A stretch of DNA of 42,234 nucleotides from Klebsiella phage vB_KmiS-Kmi2C, in sequence record OP495736.1; one strand, 5' to 3'. The notes beneath the pieces are model-generated. The model worked only from the letters and a program-made list of their open reading frames with translations. It was not told the DNA's origin and did not search any database. Positions 28,037-36,089 of the stretch are shown here, one piece after another (positions within the stretch are counted from its first letter, which is position 1; each line of letters begins with the position of its first letter). Position numbers and translations under genes: made by a program.

Positions 28037-28594
28037 TTAGACTGCTACGCGACCAACGCGCACGCCGTCACCGTCGATAGTTGCGGCAAAGTTGCGGGTA
28101 TAAACTTTAACCGGGACGGTTTCGCCGGAACGATTGGTTTTGGTTTCGGTCGGATGTTCTTCGCTAAATTTATCTTTAGCGCCAGCAATATTGGACTGAA
28201 GCTTTTTCAACAGTTCTTCCGGCGTTTGGCCTTCTTCACACGGTACGCGGAAAGATTGACCTACTTCCAGTTTATCAAACGGATATTTCATCGCGCGACC
28301 AGCGGAACCACGGCGGGACGGCGTAACGGCTACGTCTTCGATTTCGAACATGGTAGATTGTACCTTTTTAGCAGGGGCCGGGGTAACGGCTTCGTTTTTG
28401 GTTTCGAGCGGAGCAAGCGAGCGAACGGCTACACGGCCTTCGGCATCGGTCATTTCGCGGTTAATTTCTACTTTGCTGTCTTTTTCCAGCGCTTCGGCAA
28501 TTTCAACAGGCTGATAGGAAAAGCCGGCTTCGGCAGTTTCGGCAACGATTACAGAAAGGGCAGCGGCGAGAATTGATTTAGTGATTTTAGCCAT
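28037..28594 (-). CDS. Secreted (Sec signal peptide) protein of unknown function. It is a GC-rich moron with its own promoter and terminator.
   Basis: Signal peptide MAKITKSILAAALSVIVAETAEA|GF with an AxA cleavage site. The ORF is visibly richer in G+C (roughly 50%) than the flanking DNA. It has no lipobox Cys. Confidence 0.7.
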   Translation of the reverse strand: MAKITKSILAAALSVIVAETAEAGFSYQPVEIAEALEKDSKVEINREMTDAEGRVAVRSLAPLETKNEAVTPAPAKKVQSTMFEIEDVAVTPSRRGSAGRAMKYPFDKLEVGQSFRVPCEEGQTPEELLKKLQSNIAGAKDKFSEEHPTETKTNRSGETVPVKVYTRNFAATIDGDGVRVGRVAV

Positions 28595-28652
28595 TTTTAA
28601 TAATCCTGTTAGGTTGTTTGAAAATTCTTTCGTGTTTCGTTCAGTGAATGTA

Positions 28653-28681
28653 ACTTTAAACTAGTCGGTTTTTGTTGTCAA
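28653..28681 (-). promoter_or_regulatory. Candidate sigma70 promoter for the moron
   Basis: Minus strand: TTGACA, 17 nt, TAAAGT. Confidence 0.4.
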
Positions 28682-28694
28682 CATCGATTTTAAA

Positions 28695-29063
28695 TTATTT
28701 TCTTTGCCTCCCCACAATATTAGAATTGATTTCGGCGGTTACTTCCCTAGCCAGTTCCTGAAGGCCAATAGAAGCGCCGCGTATGCCATTTTGAGCGACA
28801 ATCTCGGCCTCACGTATAGCGTAAAGCGCGCCGTGTTGTTTTACAGGGTCAATCGATTTTTCCACAACCTCTAGTAATCGAATGATGTTGCATAAACAAT
28901 GATGCATATGTGTAGAAGCTTCGATAACGTTAATCAAATCCTGATTAACCCTGCTTAGGTCAACTACAGGAAAATAACGTTCATCGCTATCTACTTTGAC
29001 TTTTAGCCAGTCGTTAGATTTGTCAACGACTAAATGAAGCTTTTCTAAATCGGAAGCATTCAT
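28695..29063 (-). CDS. Hypothetical early protein. The start is ambiguous. ATG at about 29063 follows ggtga; an alternative TTG start at 29129 would add a hydrophobic N-terminus.
   Basis: The ORF track gives 28695..29129 using a TTG start. The internal Met is MNASDLEKLH. Confidence 0.35.
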   Translation of the reverse strand: MNASDLEKLHLVVDKSNDWLKVKVDSDERYFPVVDLSRVNQDLINVIEASTHMHHCLCNIIRLLEVVEKSIDPVKQHGALYAIREAEIVAQNGIRGASIGLQELAREVTAEINSNIVGRQRK

Positions 29064-29211
29064 AGTGTCACCAAAGTATAAATAATACTGCCCCAAAACA
29101 GGAACAAACCAACAAAAATTAAACGCCAAACTGTGTGTCTTGCCATTTTGAAACCCTCCGATTTAGTGTATGAGTTAACTATAGCATAGCTAATCGACAA
29201 TGCAAGCGTTT

Positions 29212-29418
29212 TTATACGATATCTAAACGTTTTTCCATTCGTTTTAAAAATCGTAATAAGCTTATATCGCTTTCTTTCTTACATACAAACGTGTTTCTTC
29301 CCGGCCCCATGATTCTGTAAAGCAAAAATTCGCCGTTTCTGGCTACAACGAAACAGTTTTGTTTTCTTGCAAAATGGCGGCATAGCCTTAGCTCTTTACT
29401 TTCGCTTTTAGACGTCAT
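29212..29418 (-). CDS. Hypothetical small early protein (68 aa)
   Basis: ORF in a tightly packed co-directional array. Confidence 0.4.
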   Translation of the reverse strand: MTSKSESKELRLCRHFARKQNCFVVARNGEFLLYRIMGPGRNTFVCKKESDISLLRFLKRMEKRLDIV

Positions 29419-29611
29419 AGTTAGTTATCCTGTGTGGGCTAAATGGTGGAATCTTATTAGCTCTGAATACTTCACCTTCAGATTCGTAATAGTTTTCGCC
29501 AAATCTATTTGTAAGAAAGCTACAAATACGTGAAAGCGACCAACCTTCGTTAAGAAGGCCAGCCGCAAGAAAACGCGCTTTTCGTAGCTCGCATTTAGTA
29601 CAATTCATCAA
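29408..29611 (-). CDS. Hypothetical small early protein (67 aa)
   Basis: Overlaps its neighbours by a few codons, consistent with translational coupling. Confidence 0.4.
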   Translation of the reverse strand: MMNCTKCELRKARFLAAGLLNEGWSLSRICSFLTNRFGENYYESEGEVFRANKIPPFSPHRITNYDV

Positions 29612-29777
29612 CCTTATTTACTCGCTGAATAGCTTCAGTAAGAAGCCGTAAGTTTTCGCGAGACGTATCTAACATTTCTACGTCTTCCGGTTCGGCTGCA
29701 ACTTCGTTAAGCCGTTTATTAATTTTGGCTTCATTGGCCTTAATTTTAGCAAGAAGTTCGACTAGTTTCATTAACAA
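29595..29777 (-). CDS. Hypothetical small coiled-coil protein (60 aa)
   Basis: ORF in the array. Confidence 0.35.
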   Translation of the reverse strand: MLMKLVELLAKIKANEAKINKRLNEVAAEPEDVEMLDTSRENLRLLTEAIQRVNKVDELY

Positions 29778-29968
29778 ACCTTTTTAAATAAAATATGCGA
29801 ATCGAAAGTTTCAGTTTTGCAAATGAAACCGTTTTCAATTAATTTATTTCGTACTAACTTATGAGTATTCACACCTCCTAAAACAGATTTTAAAACTGGT
29901 ACACGTTGACGGCCCGATTTAAACCTGAATTCGATTTGTTCAACAAGCCAATCAACATGCGTAATCAT
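29771..29968 (-). CDS. Hypothetical small early protein (65 aa)
   Basis: ORF in the array. Confidence 0.35.
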   Translation of the reverse strand: MITHVDWLVEQIEFRFKSGRQRVPVLKSVLGGVNTHKLVRNKLIENGFICKTETFDSHILFKKVC

Positions 29969-30237
29969 TTTGGAACCTCAAAACCAAACCCCGGAATTAT
30001 TTCGTTTGGGTCACGTCCTGCCGCTTGCCAACCTCGCGCGTATTCCATAGCCTGTATTGCATCCATCCAGCCGCCACAATTAGAGCATTTAAGCTTTAAT
30101 TTAAACGGCAACGGCGCGTCGGGAACGACAAATAAATGTCGTTTACAATTATTAAGCGTTTCGCGATTTGCTTTTATTTGGTTAAAGATACCTTGCGGGT
30201 CGTCAAAGTTAATATGTGGATTACGTTCGCTAGTCAT
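29965..30237 (-). CDS. Hypothetical Cys-containing protein, possibly zinc-binding (90 aa)
   Basis: NCKRH...KCSNCGGW. Confidence 0.4.
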   Translation of the reverse strand: MTSERNPHINFDDPQGIFNQIKANRETLNNCKRHLFVVPDAPLPFKLKLKCSNCGGWMDAIQAMEYARGWQAAGRDPNEIIPGFGFEVPK

Positions 30238-30415
30238 CGTTCATTTCCTCGCTATCTTCGCTAAATAATCTTGCAGAATTAAGATGTTCGTTAATTCCAC
30301 CAAAACCAGTTAACGAACCTGTTTCCTCACTTAACATTAAAATTTCTTTATCGCCTAATGTTGGCGATTCGTCTACAGCTTCTTGTAAAAATTCTATAAG
30401 TTCGTTAACAGTCAT
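30230..30415 (-). CDS. Small acidic protein (61 aa)
   Basis: High Asp/Glu content: EDSEEMNDD, DESPTLGDKE. Confidence 0.35.
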   Translation of the reverse strand: MTVNELIEFLQEAVDESPTLGDKEILMLSEETGSLTGFGGINEHLNSARLFSEDSEEMNDD

Positions 30416-30416
30416 T

Positions 30417-30986
30417 TTAAAACCCTCGCTTACAATATTCGCGTAAATATCCGATTGCTTCTACATAAGTATAGCAAACTACAGCGACATAGCCAGCGGT
30501 TTTAGCATAGTTTATAAATTCTTTTTGAGATTCGCGTACACCGCCTTTTGAAGTTGCTTTTACTGGTCTTTCGCTAGGCTTTTTCATTTCGATATAAAGC
30601 CCACATACTAAAGCAAATCCGCCTAAAACTTTTGGTGTAACATGCTCGCCGAAGGTTTCAAAATCGGACTGGTCAACGAGTTTAGGCGCTGGTAAATAAA
30701 TATCTAAAACGCCGTCTTTAACACCTTCGGCTTTTAGTTTGGCACCGCGAATCATGCGCGACTTTTCGCTATCGCCACGGCTACCACCATTAGGGATATG
30801 GTGAAGCCAACGCAATTCATAAACAGCGTCGGTAGTTCCGTAAACTTGTTCGGCATAACCCGGTTCTTTATAGCATCGTTCATCGTCTGCCGCTTCGATA
30901 CCATGACGCGCCGCCATATTAGCCCAACAAAAAACGGCCTGCTGGTGTGAACTTTCGGATTCTTTAGCGAGTTGTGAAGGGGTCAT
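30417..30986 (-). CDS. VRR-NUC-type PD-(D/E)xK nuclease
   Basis: WLHHIPNGGSRGD...GVLDIYLP...GLYIEMKKP gives D...ExK with an upstream IPNGG segment, as seen in VRR-NUC domains. Confidence 0.55.
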   Translation of the reverse strand: MTPSQLAKESESSHQQAVFCWANMAARHGIEAADDERCYKEPGYAEQVYGTTDAVYELRWLHHIPNGGSRGDSEKSRMIRGAKLKAEGVKDGVLDIYLPAPKLVDQSDFETFGEHVTPKVLGGFALVCGLYIEMKKPSERPVKATSKGGVRESQKEFINYAKTAGYVAVVCYTYVEAIGYLREYCKRGF

Positions 30987-31165
30987 TTTCGGTTATTCCT
31001 TAAATAATTTAAACGATTAATATAGCAATACGCCATAATAAAATCGGCTTTATGTCTAAAGAATGGTTTAGGCATTGGGCTAACGTGCCAATAGCCAGCG
31101 TGTAAATAAATATGCGGTTTTGCGTGTTGTGTAGTTCTTAAATCAATCTGGTTTTGTGTCAACAT
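30983..31165 (-). CDS. Hypothetical small basic protein (60 aa)
   Basis: ORF in the array. Confidence 0.3.
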   Translation of the reverse strand: MLTQNQIDLRTTQHAKPHIYLHAGYWHVSPMPKPFFRHKADFIMAYCYINRLNYLRNNRK

Positions 31166-31346
31166 TAGTTTTACCCAATATCTTTAATACTTCGCTATCG
31201 TTACCGCGACGGCCTTTTCGGTTTCATGTATCGCCGTATTTTATAGCAAAGCTTACAGCGAGTTGAACGGCCTGTTTTACGGGCCGCATCGCGAAAGAAT
31301 TCTGTTTCCTCTTTGGTTTCTAAGCAAAGAGTACATGTAATAAATT

Positions 31347-31577
31347 TCACTTATACTTTCCAAAATCATCAAATGGAATATCTTGAACAAATTCTACTAG
31401 CGCTAAGGAATTACTTAAATCTTCAAACCATTTTAGCTTTTCATTTCCACGCTCTAAGCGTAAATGTGCCCTAATTGCAGTGGCTACCGTTTCGTTTTCA
31501 AAACCTGCTAAATAACAAGTTCTTAAAATATCGCGCAACTTTTCTAATTCTTCTTCAGTAAACGGATGATTTTTCAT
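31347..31577 (-). CDS. Hypothetical small early protein (76 aa)
   Basis: ORF with an RBS-like context. Confidence 0.4.
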   Translation of the reverse strand: MKNHPFTEEELEKLRDILRTCYLAGFENETVATAIRAHLRLERGNEKLKWFEDLSNSLALVEFVQDIPFDDFGKYK

Positions 31578-31586
31578 TTTAAGCCC

Positions 31587-31865
31587 TCAGAAATAAACAA
31601 CAGTTAAATAAATAACAATCATCATAACAATAATTGTAATGGAAATTGCGCCTAAAGTAAAGCCGACAACATTACTCTTTTTAGTATCGTTACAACTTTC
31701 GGCTAACGCATCCCCGAAACCTTGTTCCCATGCATAGAAAACAGGCCCATGAATAATTTCATCATAAGGATTATCGCTGTAAAACTGGTTTTTACCATAA
31801 GCTTTAAAACCTTGTTTGTAAGCGTTGTCTAAATCGTCGATAGTTACGGACGCGCCTTCGTTCAT
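31587..31865 (-). CDS. Small tail-anchored membrane protein (92 aa)
   Basis: C-terminal TM VVGFTLGAISITIIVMMIVIYLTVVYF. Confidence 0.45.
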   Translation of the reverse strand: MNEGASVTIDDLDNAYKQGFKAYGKNQFYSDNPYDEIIHGPVFYAWEQGFGDALAESCNDTKKSNVVGFTLGAISITIIVMMIVIYLTVVYF

Positions 31866-31999
31866 TTTCCAATTTCCTTAGCGAAATGATAAGTTTTGAG
31901 AATCGCCATAGCAACAAGCCAAGCGTCATGGTCTTTTTCTGAAGCCGCACGTTTGGCGGCATCTTGAGCAACGGCAAACAAAGATTCGGAAAGTTTCAT
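31862..31999 (-). CDS. Hypothetical 45-aa protein, below the length cut-off of the ORF track
   Basis: ATG sits 2 nt after the upstream TAA. Its own TGA overlaps the ATG of the downstream gene (ATGA). Predicted helical: MKLSESLFAVAQDAAKRAASEKDHDAWLVAMAILKTYHFAKEIGK. Confidence 0.3.
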   Translation of the reverse strand: MKLSESLFAVAQDAAKRAASEKDHDAWLVAMAILKTYHFAKEIGK

Positions 32000-32001
32000 A
32001 A

Positions 32002-32187
32002 TTAAAAACCATCACATTCGAAAATGTCGAAGTCGTCGCGTTCTTCTGTTTCTTCAACTTCGCAATCGTCGTAATAGTCCCAATCGGAATTGTAAGAACG
32101 AACGTCGCGCGGTAATTTCTTAGTCATTTTCGAATCCTCGTTTTGTCTTGATGGGATAATTATCGTATATCTCATCGTTTTAGTCAA
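32002..32187 (-). CDS. Small acidic protein (61 aa); candidate DNA mimic
   Basis: C-terminal half DWDYYDDCEVEETEERDDFDIFECDGF. Confidence 0.35.
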   Translation of the reverse strand: MTKTMRYTIIIPSRQNEDSKMTKKLPRDVRSYNSDWDYYDDCEVEETEERDDFDIFECDGF

Positions 32188-32221
32188 GCGTTTTTATTAG
32201 CGTATTCGTTATAATTAATTA

Positions 32222-32476
32222 TTAGCAAAGTTTATCTTGTGCAAGGAAGCTATGATTGAATTTGGCAATGCCTATTTCAAGCGACATAGTAGTATCGAGA
32301 ACGGTTAGAATTGAACCGTCTTTAAAGAAGATAACGCGCTTATGCAAGGTAACGCTCTTAACGTCTGCAATAAAGGTATTAAGAGCAGTCTCAAAACCTA
32401 CATCCGCGTTATGTTCCTTAATTCGAGTTGCGTTAAGTTCGTTAGCGATTTTTTCAGCGATGGTTAAAGTTTTCAT
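32222..32476 (-). CDS. Hypothetical early protein (84 aa)
   Basis: ORF in the array. Confidence 0.4.
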   Translation of the reverse strand: MKTLTIAEKIANELNATRIKEHNADVGFETALNTFIADVKSVTLHKRVIFFKDGSILTVLDTTMSLEIGIAKFNHSFLAQDKLC

Positions 32477-32526
32477 AATGTATTCCTTAAAGTATGTTTC
32501 GTTTCAATGAATACATTATCAGCTAT

Positions 32527-32769
32527 TCAATCGTCTTTGTCAACGGCTTTCAAAACATTTTTTCGTTCGTATTTAACCACGGCTATCTTATCGTCTGACG
32601 CAAGGGCTAGCTTAACGTCAGTGTAAGAATGCTTTACATATAGGAATTCAGACCAGCTATAAAGGCGTATGTAAGTTTTGCCTTCGTATCTGCCCACATT
32701 ACAAACATCGCGAACATCTACCAACATAGTTTCGTCGTCAATGTCTACAACTTCCAGCCAATCAGCCAT
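32527..32769 (-). CDS. Hypothetical early protein (80 aa)
   Basis: ATG 32769 (MADWLEV) sits 7 nt after GAGGG, which overlaps the upstream TGA stop. Confidence 0.4.
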   Translation of the reverse strand: MADWLEVVDIDDETMLVDVRDVCNVGRYEGKTYIRLYSWSEFLYVKHSYTDVKLALASDDKIAVVKYERKNVLKAVDKDD

Positions 32770-32779
32770 TTTGTAACCC

Positions 32780-33424
32780 TCAATTATTAAGCGCCGGAAC
32801 AACGATTTTAAACATTCTTCCGCCTGATTCGTATTTTTTAGAACTTACGTCTTTAGCTAATTCGATTAGATAGCCTTTTTCAACAGCCAAATCAACCAGT
32901 CTTTGAATCTCTTTAGTAGCGCCATTAACAGCATTACGAATAGATTTTTTACGTGCTAATTTACGATGCAAATAAGTATAAGTAATCACATTGTCAGGTT
33001 TAGTTTTATTAGATAGAGCACAATACGACATTGCCGTAGAAACTTCAGATTCCAAATAAACTTTTACAGTTTCTTTAAATTCTTCTTCGTTTTCTTCCAT
33101 GCTATCAGAATTGCCCACATTGTTAGCCAGCAAACGGAATAACCTGTAAAAAGATTCAACTTTAGAACCTTTAGGAAGTTGCGAAAACTCTAACCAATTT
33201 TGCGCTTTATGTTCCACCAGAACTACAGGTAAATCAAAAGCCGTTTGTGAATCGTTTAGAATCTGTTTTAGCAATTCATATCTATAGCTATCAATCCTTA
33301 TAAGAATTGATTTTTCGTTGTTAGATTCGTCTTTGAATCGTTCAGCAATCCGATTAACTAACAAAACATGTTCTTTATATTGGCAAATAATCGGCGAAGG
33401 TTCGTAAATAGTTTCGTCGTACAT
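32780..33424 (-). CDS. Early protein whose C-terminal domain is paralogous to the C-terminus of the primase-helicase (putative DNA-binding domain)
   Basis: VITYTYLHRKLARKK..NGATKEIQRLVDLAVEKGYLIELAKD compared with IIPYAYLHKKLARNV..TGATNAIKKALQTMMDRGDLLEISKP. It is the first gene after the AT-rich promoter region. Confidence 0.55.
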   Translation of the reverse strand: MYDETIYEPSPIICQYKEHVLLVNRIAERFKDESNNEKSILIRIDSYRYELLKQILNDSQTAFDLPVVLVEHKAQNWLEFSQLPKGSKVESFYRLFRLLANNVGNSDSMEENEEEFKETVKVYLESEVSTAMSYCALSNKTKPDNVITYTYLHRKLARKKSIRNAVNGATKEIQRLVDLAVEKGYLIELAKDVSSKKYESGGRMFKIVVPALNN

Positions 33425-33907
33425 CGTTATTATCTCCGGTTTGGTTGATTTAGTAAATAGTAGCAGTTTTTAATTTTTAAGTCAACAATCGTATTAATTT
33501 AACATATTTTTAACAAAATTTAGAGAAAAGGTATTATGAAAAATAAAGAAAAATATATCTCTAAGTATATGAAATATATATATATAATAAATATAATAAA
33601 CATAATAACTTCTTTATAGAAATCTCTTTAATATTTAAGAATCAATAATAGCACACCGTTTACTATCGTCCCTTAGTCCCCCTTAGCAGTTATTAAAGAC
33701 TTTGAATAGATATTCATAAGAATTTGTAACCTAATTTCTTTACTATCATAAAGTTAACGCAAATTATTTATTTTTGGTGTTTAATAATCGCATCCCAACT
33801 TGAATAGACATTCATTCACAATTTAATACATTTGAAAAATTAACCTTGATTATCAAAGATTGCGGCGTACTACTGAATGTTTATCATGAATAAAATATGC
33901 ATACAAT
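33425..33907. promoter_or_regulatory. AT-rich ORF-free early control region with (AT)n and A-tracts. It probably holds promoters and may hold an origin.
   Basis: No ORF of 60 aa or more on either strand in about 480 bp. A TTGACT, 17 nt, TACTAT element (minus strand, 33457..33485) lies just upstream of gene 32780..33424. Confidence 0.4.
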
Positions 33908-33938
33908 AAAAAAGCGCCCGGTTAAAGGCGCTTATTTA
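33908..33938 (-). terminator. Rho-independent terminator after the BRCT-protein gene
   Basis: GCGCC cggttaaag GGCGC with T6 on the minus strand (A6 on the plus strand). Confidence 0.7.
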
Positions 33939-33995
33939 GTGTTTACAGTATCGATTGATTAAAACGATTGATTACATGCTAACAATTCATAGTGC

Positions 33996-35267
33996 TTACA
34001 TGCTACGATGAACGAAATCAATAAGCCTGTTAAATGCGCTAATTTTATTGTTGTATTCTCTTGTACTGCCAGCTATTTTTCTTATTTCATTATTGACTAA
34101 ATCATAACGCTGATAATGTGAATGTCCGAATCCTGATTTCGATTTACCACAATAAGCGATAGCCAATTGTGATAACCAGATTGGAAAGTGATATTCTTCA
34201 CCATTATCTTTAACCGAAATGCTTCCATCATCTTTAAGCTCAAACTGATAGTTTACATGTTCAGGTTCGGCCCTGATTCCACGGCCTATAAGTTGAACGT
34301 AAAGTGGTTCATTATCAATTTTTGAAGACGCTCGTTTTAATTGCTTTTCGAATTCAGCAAGAATGTTTCTATGCTTAATATTTTGAAAAGCCATTCGTTT
34401 CAATTCCGCTTGCATAGCTTCAGAATTGAGAAACTTGTCAATCTCCCCGGCATATTGCGGTTCAGTCGCTGGCGTAATGTGGGCATCGTTGCTAAATCGG
34501 TTTAGTTCCGGCGATACTGCGTTATCTCCGGTTGGCTGGTGTAACCCTACAGCCTCACCGCAACGAGGGCTAATATAGACGCTGGCGGAAGTTGTGATTA
34601 CGTCTCTTACGCTGTAAACGCTAAAGCCTTCGGACATAACTTTGATAAAAGAAACGCCTTCATTAACGGCTAGTTCATCGGCTTTAACTAAAGCTTTTGT
34701 TAATTCTGAAGCTCGATTAATTCTTGCTATTATTTTGTCAGTTGCATTTTTAATTACTTGTTGCGCCGTTTGGTTTTGCCATTCAGCCTTAGTAACGAAT
34801 GGGCCTTGCTTTCTGGTTTTAAGCCATACGCTAAGAAATTCCGCGCTAATCATTGGAATACCTAACGACAATGCCCGGTTGATTTTAAGCGCGTTAGGCG
34901 CATTGCCCACAATAAGAAAATCGCAATCTTTCGACACGACCCCTTTACGGGAACCCGATTTATAATCTTTAGCTAAAAGTTCACATAGTTCGTAACGGTC
35001 ATAAATCGTTCCGGTTAATGCATAGCTTTTACCAGTTAAAAAGTTTTCATCTTCGATTAAACAATCGTTAATGATAAGAAAATGATTATCACCTAAATTT
35101 TGTTCGCAGAAATTTAAAAAACGATCTACGATGTTGCCCGGTTTTACTTCTTCAGGTTCGACAAGCATAACCGTTTTTTCATCTTCTTGTATTACACGAA
35201 TAACGCGTAAAGGGTATTTGCCCGGTAAAGGACATTTGCCATTAATCAGTCTGGTTTCAATTGTCAT
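33996..35267 (-). CDS. BRCT-domain-containing early protein
   Basis: LTGKSYALTGTI...VVSKDCDFLIVGNAPNALKINRALSLGIPMISAEFL fits a BRCT fold of the type at the LigA C-terminus. No ligase KxDG motif. ATG 35267 sits 9 nt after GAGG; the track start is a TTG codon. Confidence 0.5.
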   Translation of the reverse strand: MTIETRLINGKCPLPGKYPLRVIRVIQEDEKTVMLVEPEEVKPGNIVDRFLNFCEQNLGDNHFLIINDCLIEDENFLTGKSYALTGTIYDRYELCELLAKDYKSGSRKGVVSKDCDFLIVGNAPNALKINRALSLGIPMISAEFLSVWLKTRKQGPFVTKAEWQNQTAQQVIKNATDKIIARINRASELTKALVKADELAVNEGVSFIKVMSEGFSVYSVRDVITTSASVYISPRCGEAVGLHQPTGDNAVSPELNRFSNDAHITPATEPQYAGEIDKFLNSEAMQAELKRMAFQNIKHRNILAEFEKQLKRASSKIDNEPLYVQLIGRGIRAEPEHVNYQFELKDDGSISVKDNGEEYHFPIWLSQLAIAYCGKSKSGFGHSHYQRYDLVNNEIRKIAGSTREYNNKISAFNRLIDFVHRSM

Positions 35268-35469
35268 GATTATTAACCTCAATTTGAATAAAAATATCTG
35301 ATTTCTCAGGGTTTGTTAAATCGATTGAACTTAATTCAATTAAAACGTTATTTTGTTCGCTTAACTGATTATAAAGTTCTTCGATTCTGCTAACAGGTAG
35401 CAATAAAAGATAAGTTGGATTTTTACATATCTGATAAAAAGGCATTATTAAAGAGGCCATTTTATTCAT
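35257..35469 (-). CDS. Hypothetical protein (70 aa)
   Basis: ORF overlapping the next gene's start by 11 nt. Confidence 0.35.
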   Translation of the reverse strand: MNKMASLIMPFYQICKNPTYLLLLPVSRIEELYNQLSEQNNVLIELSSIDLTNPEKSDIFIQIEVNNHDN

Positions 35470-35705
35470 CCCATAATTTAATAGTTACTAATCGGTTTTC
35501 AATTGCTTTTAAAGATTGGCAATTTTCTAAAGATTTGAACTTTCTTTTTGTCATAGCTTCGTGCGGAAATACCGAAGCCCTATTAATATCTTTAATCCAG
35601 GTAATAACTTCGCGAGTTGGGGCAAATCCAGACGAGCTAGTTACACAAACGGCATATTCACCATTTTCATTTATAAAGATAAAGCCTTTTCGTTCATCAC
35701 TCATT
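35462..35705 (-). CDS. Hypothetical protein (81 aa)
   Basis: ATG (MSDERKG) preceded by ggag. Confidence 0.4.
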
Positions 35706-35966
35706 TTATTTACTCCAATGAGAAGAAGCCATTTTGTTATAGACCGCATTACCGTTAGGACGCGAGTTAACCCAAGATTCTACCGCTTTAGTAGCGCCTT
35801 TTTCAGTCTTGTAACCTTTGGTAATTTTTACCGAAGTCATTTCGCCGTAACCATAATCTTTTTCAAACATGCCATAAAACAAACCGTCAATATTTCTGAC
35901 AATGGCACGTTTAAACGCTTTGTTTCCGGTTTCTTTGTTGATTCGGTTTTCAAAGTAGATAGCCAT
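35706..35966 (-). CDS. Hypothetical protein (86 aa)
   Basis: ATG 35966 preceded by aggatga. Confidence 0.45.
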   Translation of the reverse strand: MAIYFENRINKETGNKAFKRAIVRNIDGLFYGMFEKDYGYGEMTSVKITKGYKTEKGATKAVESWVNSRPNGNAVYNKMASSHWSK

Positions 35967-36060
35967 TTTGATTCATCCTATGTTTCGTTTTGATGTACTA
36001 ACTATACAATCGACTTTAAAAATCGTCAATCATTATTTTGATTAAGTTTTGTAAAGACGT

Positions 36061-36086
36061 AAAAAAGCCGCATTTTCAGCGGCTTA
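36061..36086 (-). terminator. Rho-independent terminator after the primase-helicase gene
   Basis: AAGCCGC tgaaaat GCGGCTT followed by T6 on the minus strand. Confidence 0.65.
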
Positions 36087-36089
36087 GTT

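Noticed and set aside
31166-31346. 180-bp gap in the early array with two short hairpins (ACGGC...GCCGT, CGGCC...GGCCG); considered as a terminator or ncRNA
   Set aside because: Neither hairpin is followed by a T-run on the transcribed (minus) strand. Only 8- and 21-codon ORFs are present. There is not enough evidence for a terminator or an RNA gene. It may hold a weak internal promoter.
31347-31577. Internal DIPFDDF in a 76-aa early protein that resembles the SSB tip
   Set aside because: It is not at the C-terminus, where the SSB tip must sit to function, and its order differs (DIPFDD versus DDDIPF). Likely coincidence.
35415-35993. 192-aa plus-strand ORF
   Set aside because: It overlaps three well-supported minus-strand genes that have good RBSs. 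The strand is otherwise non-coding in this arm.
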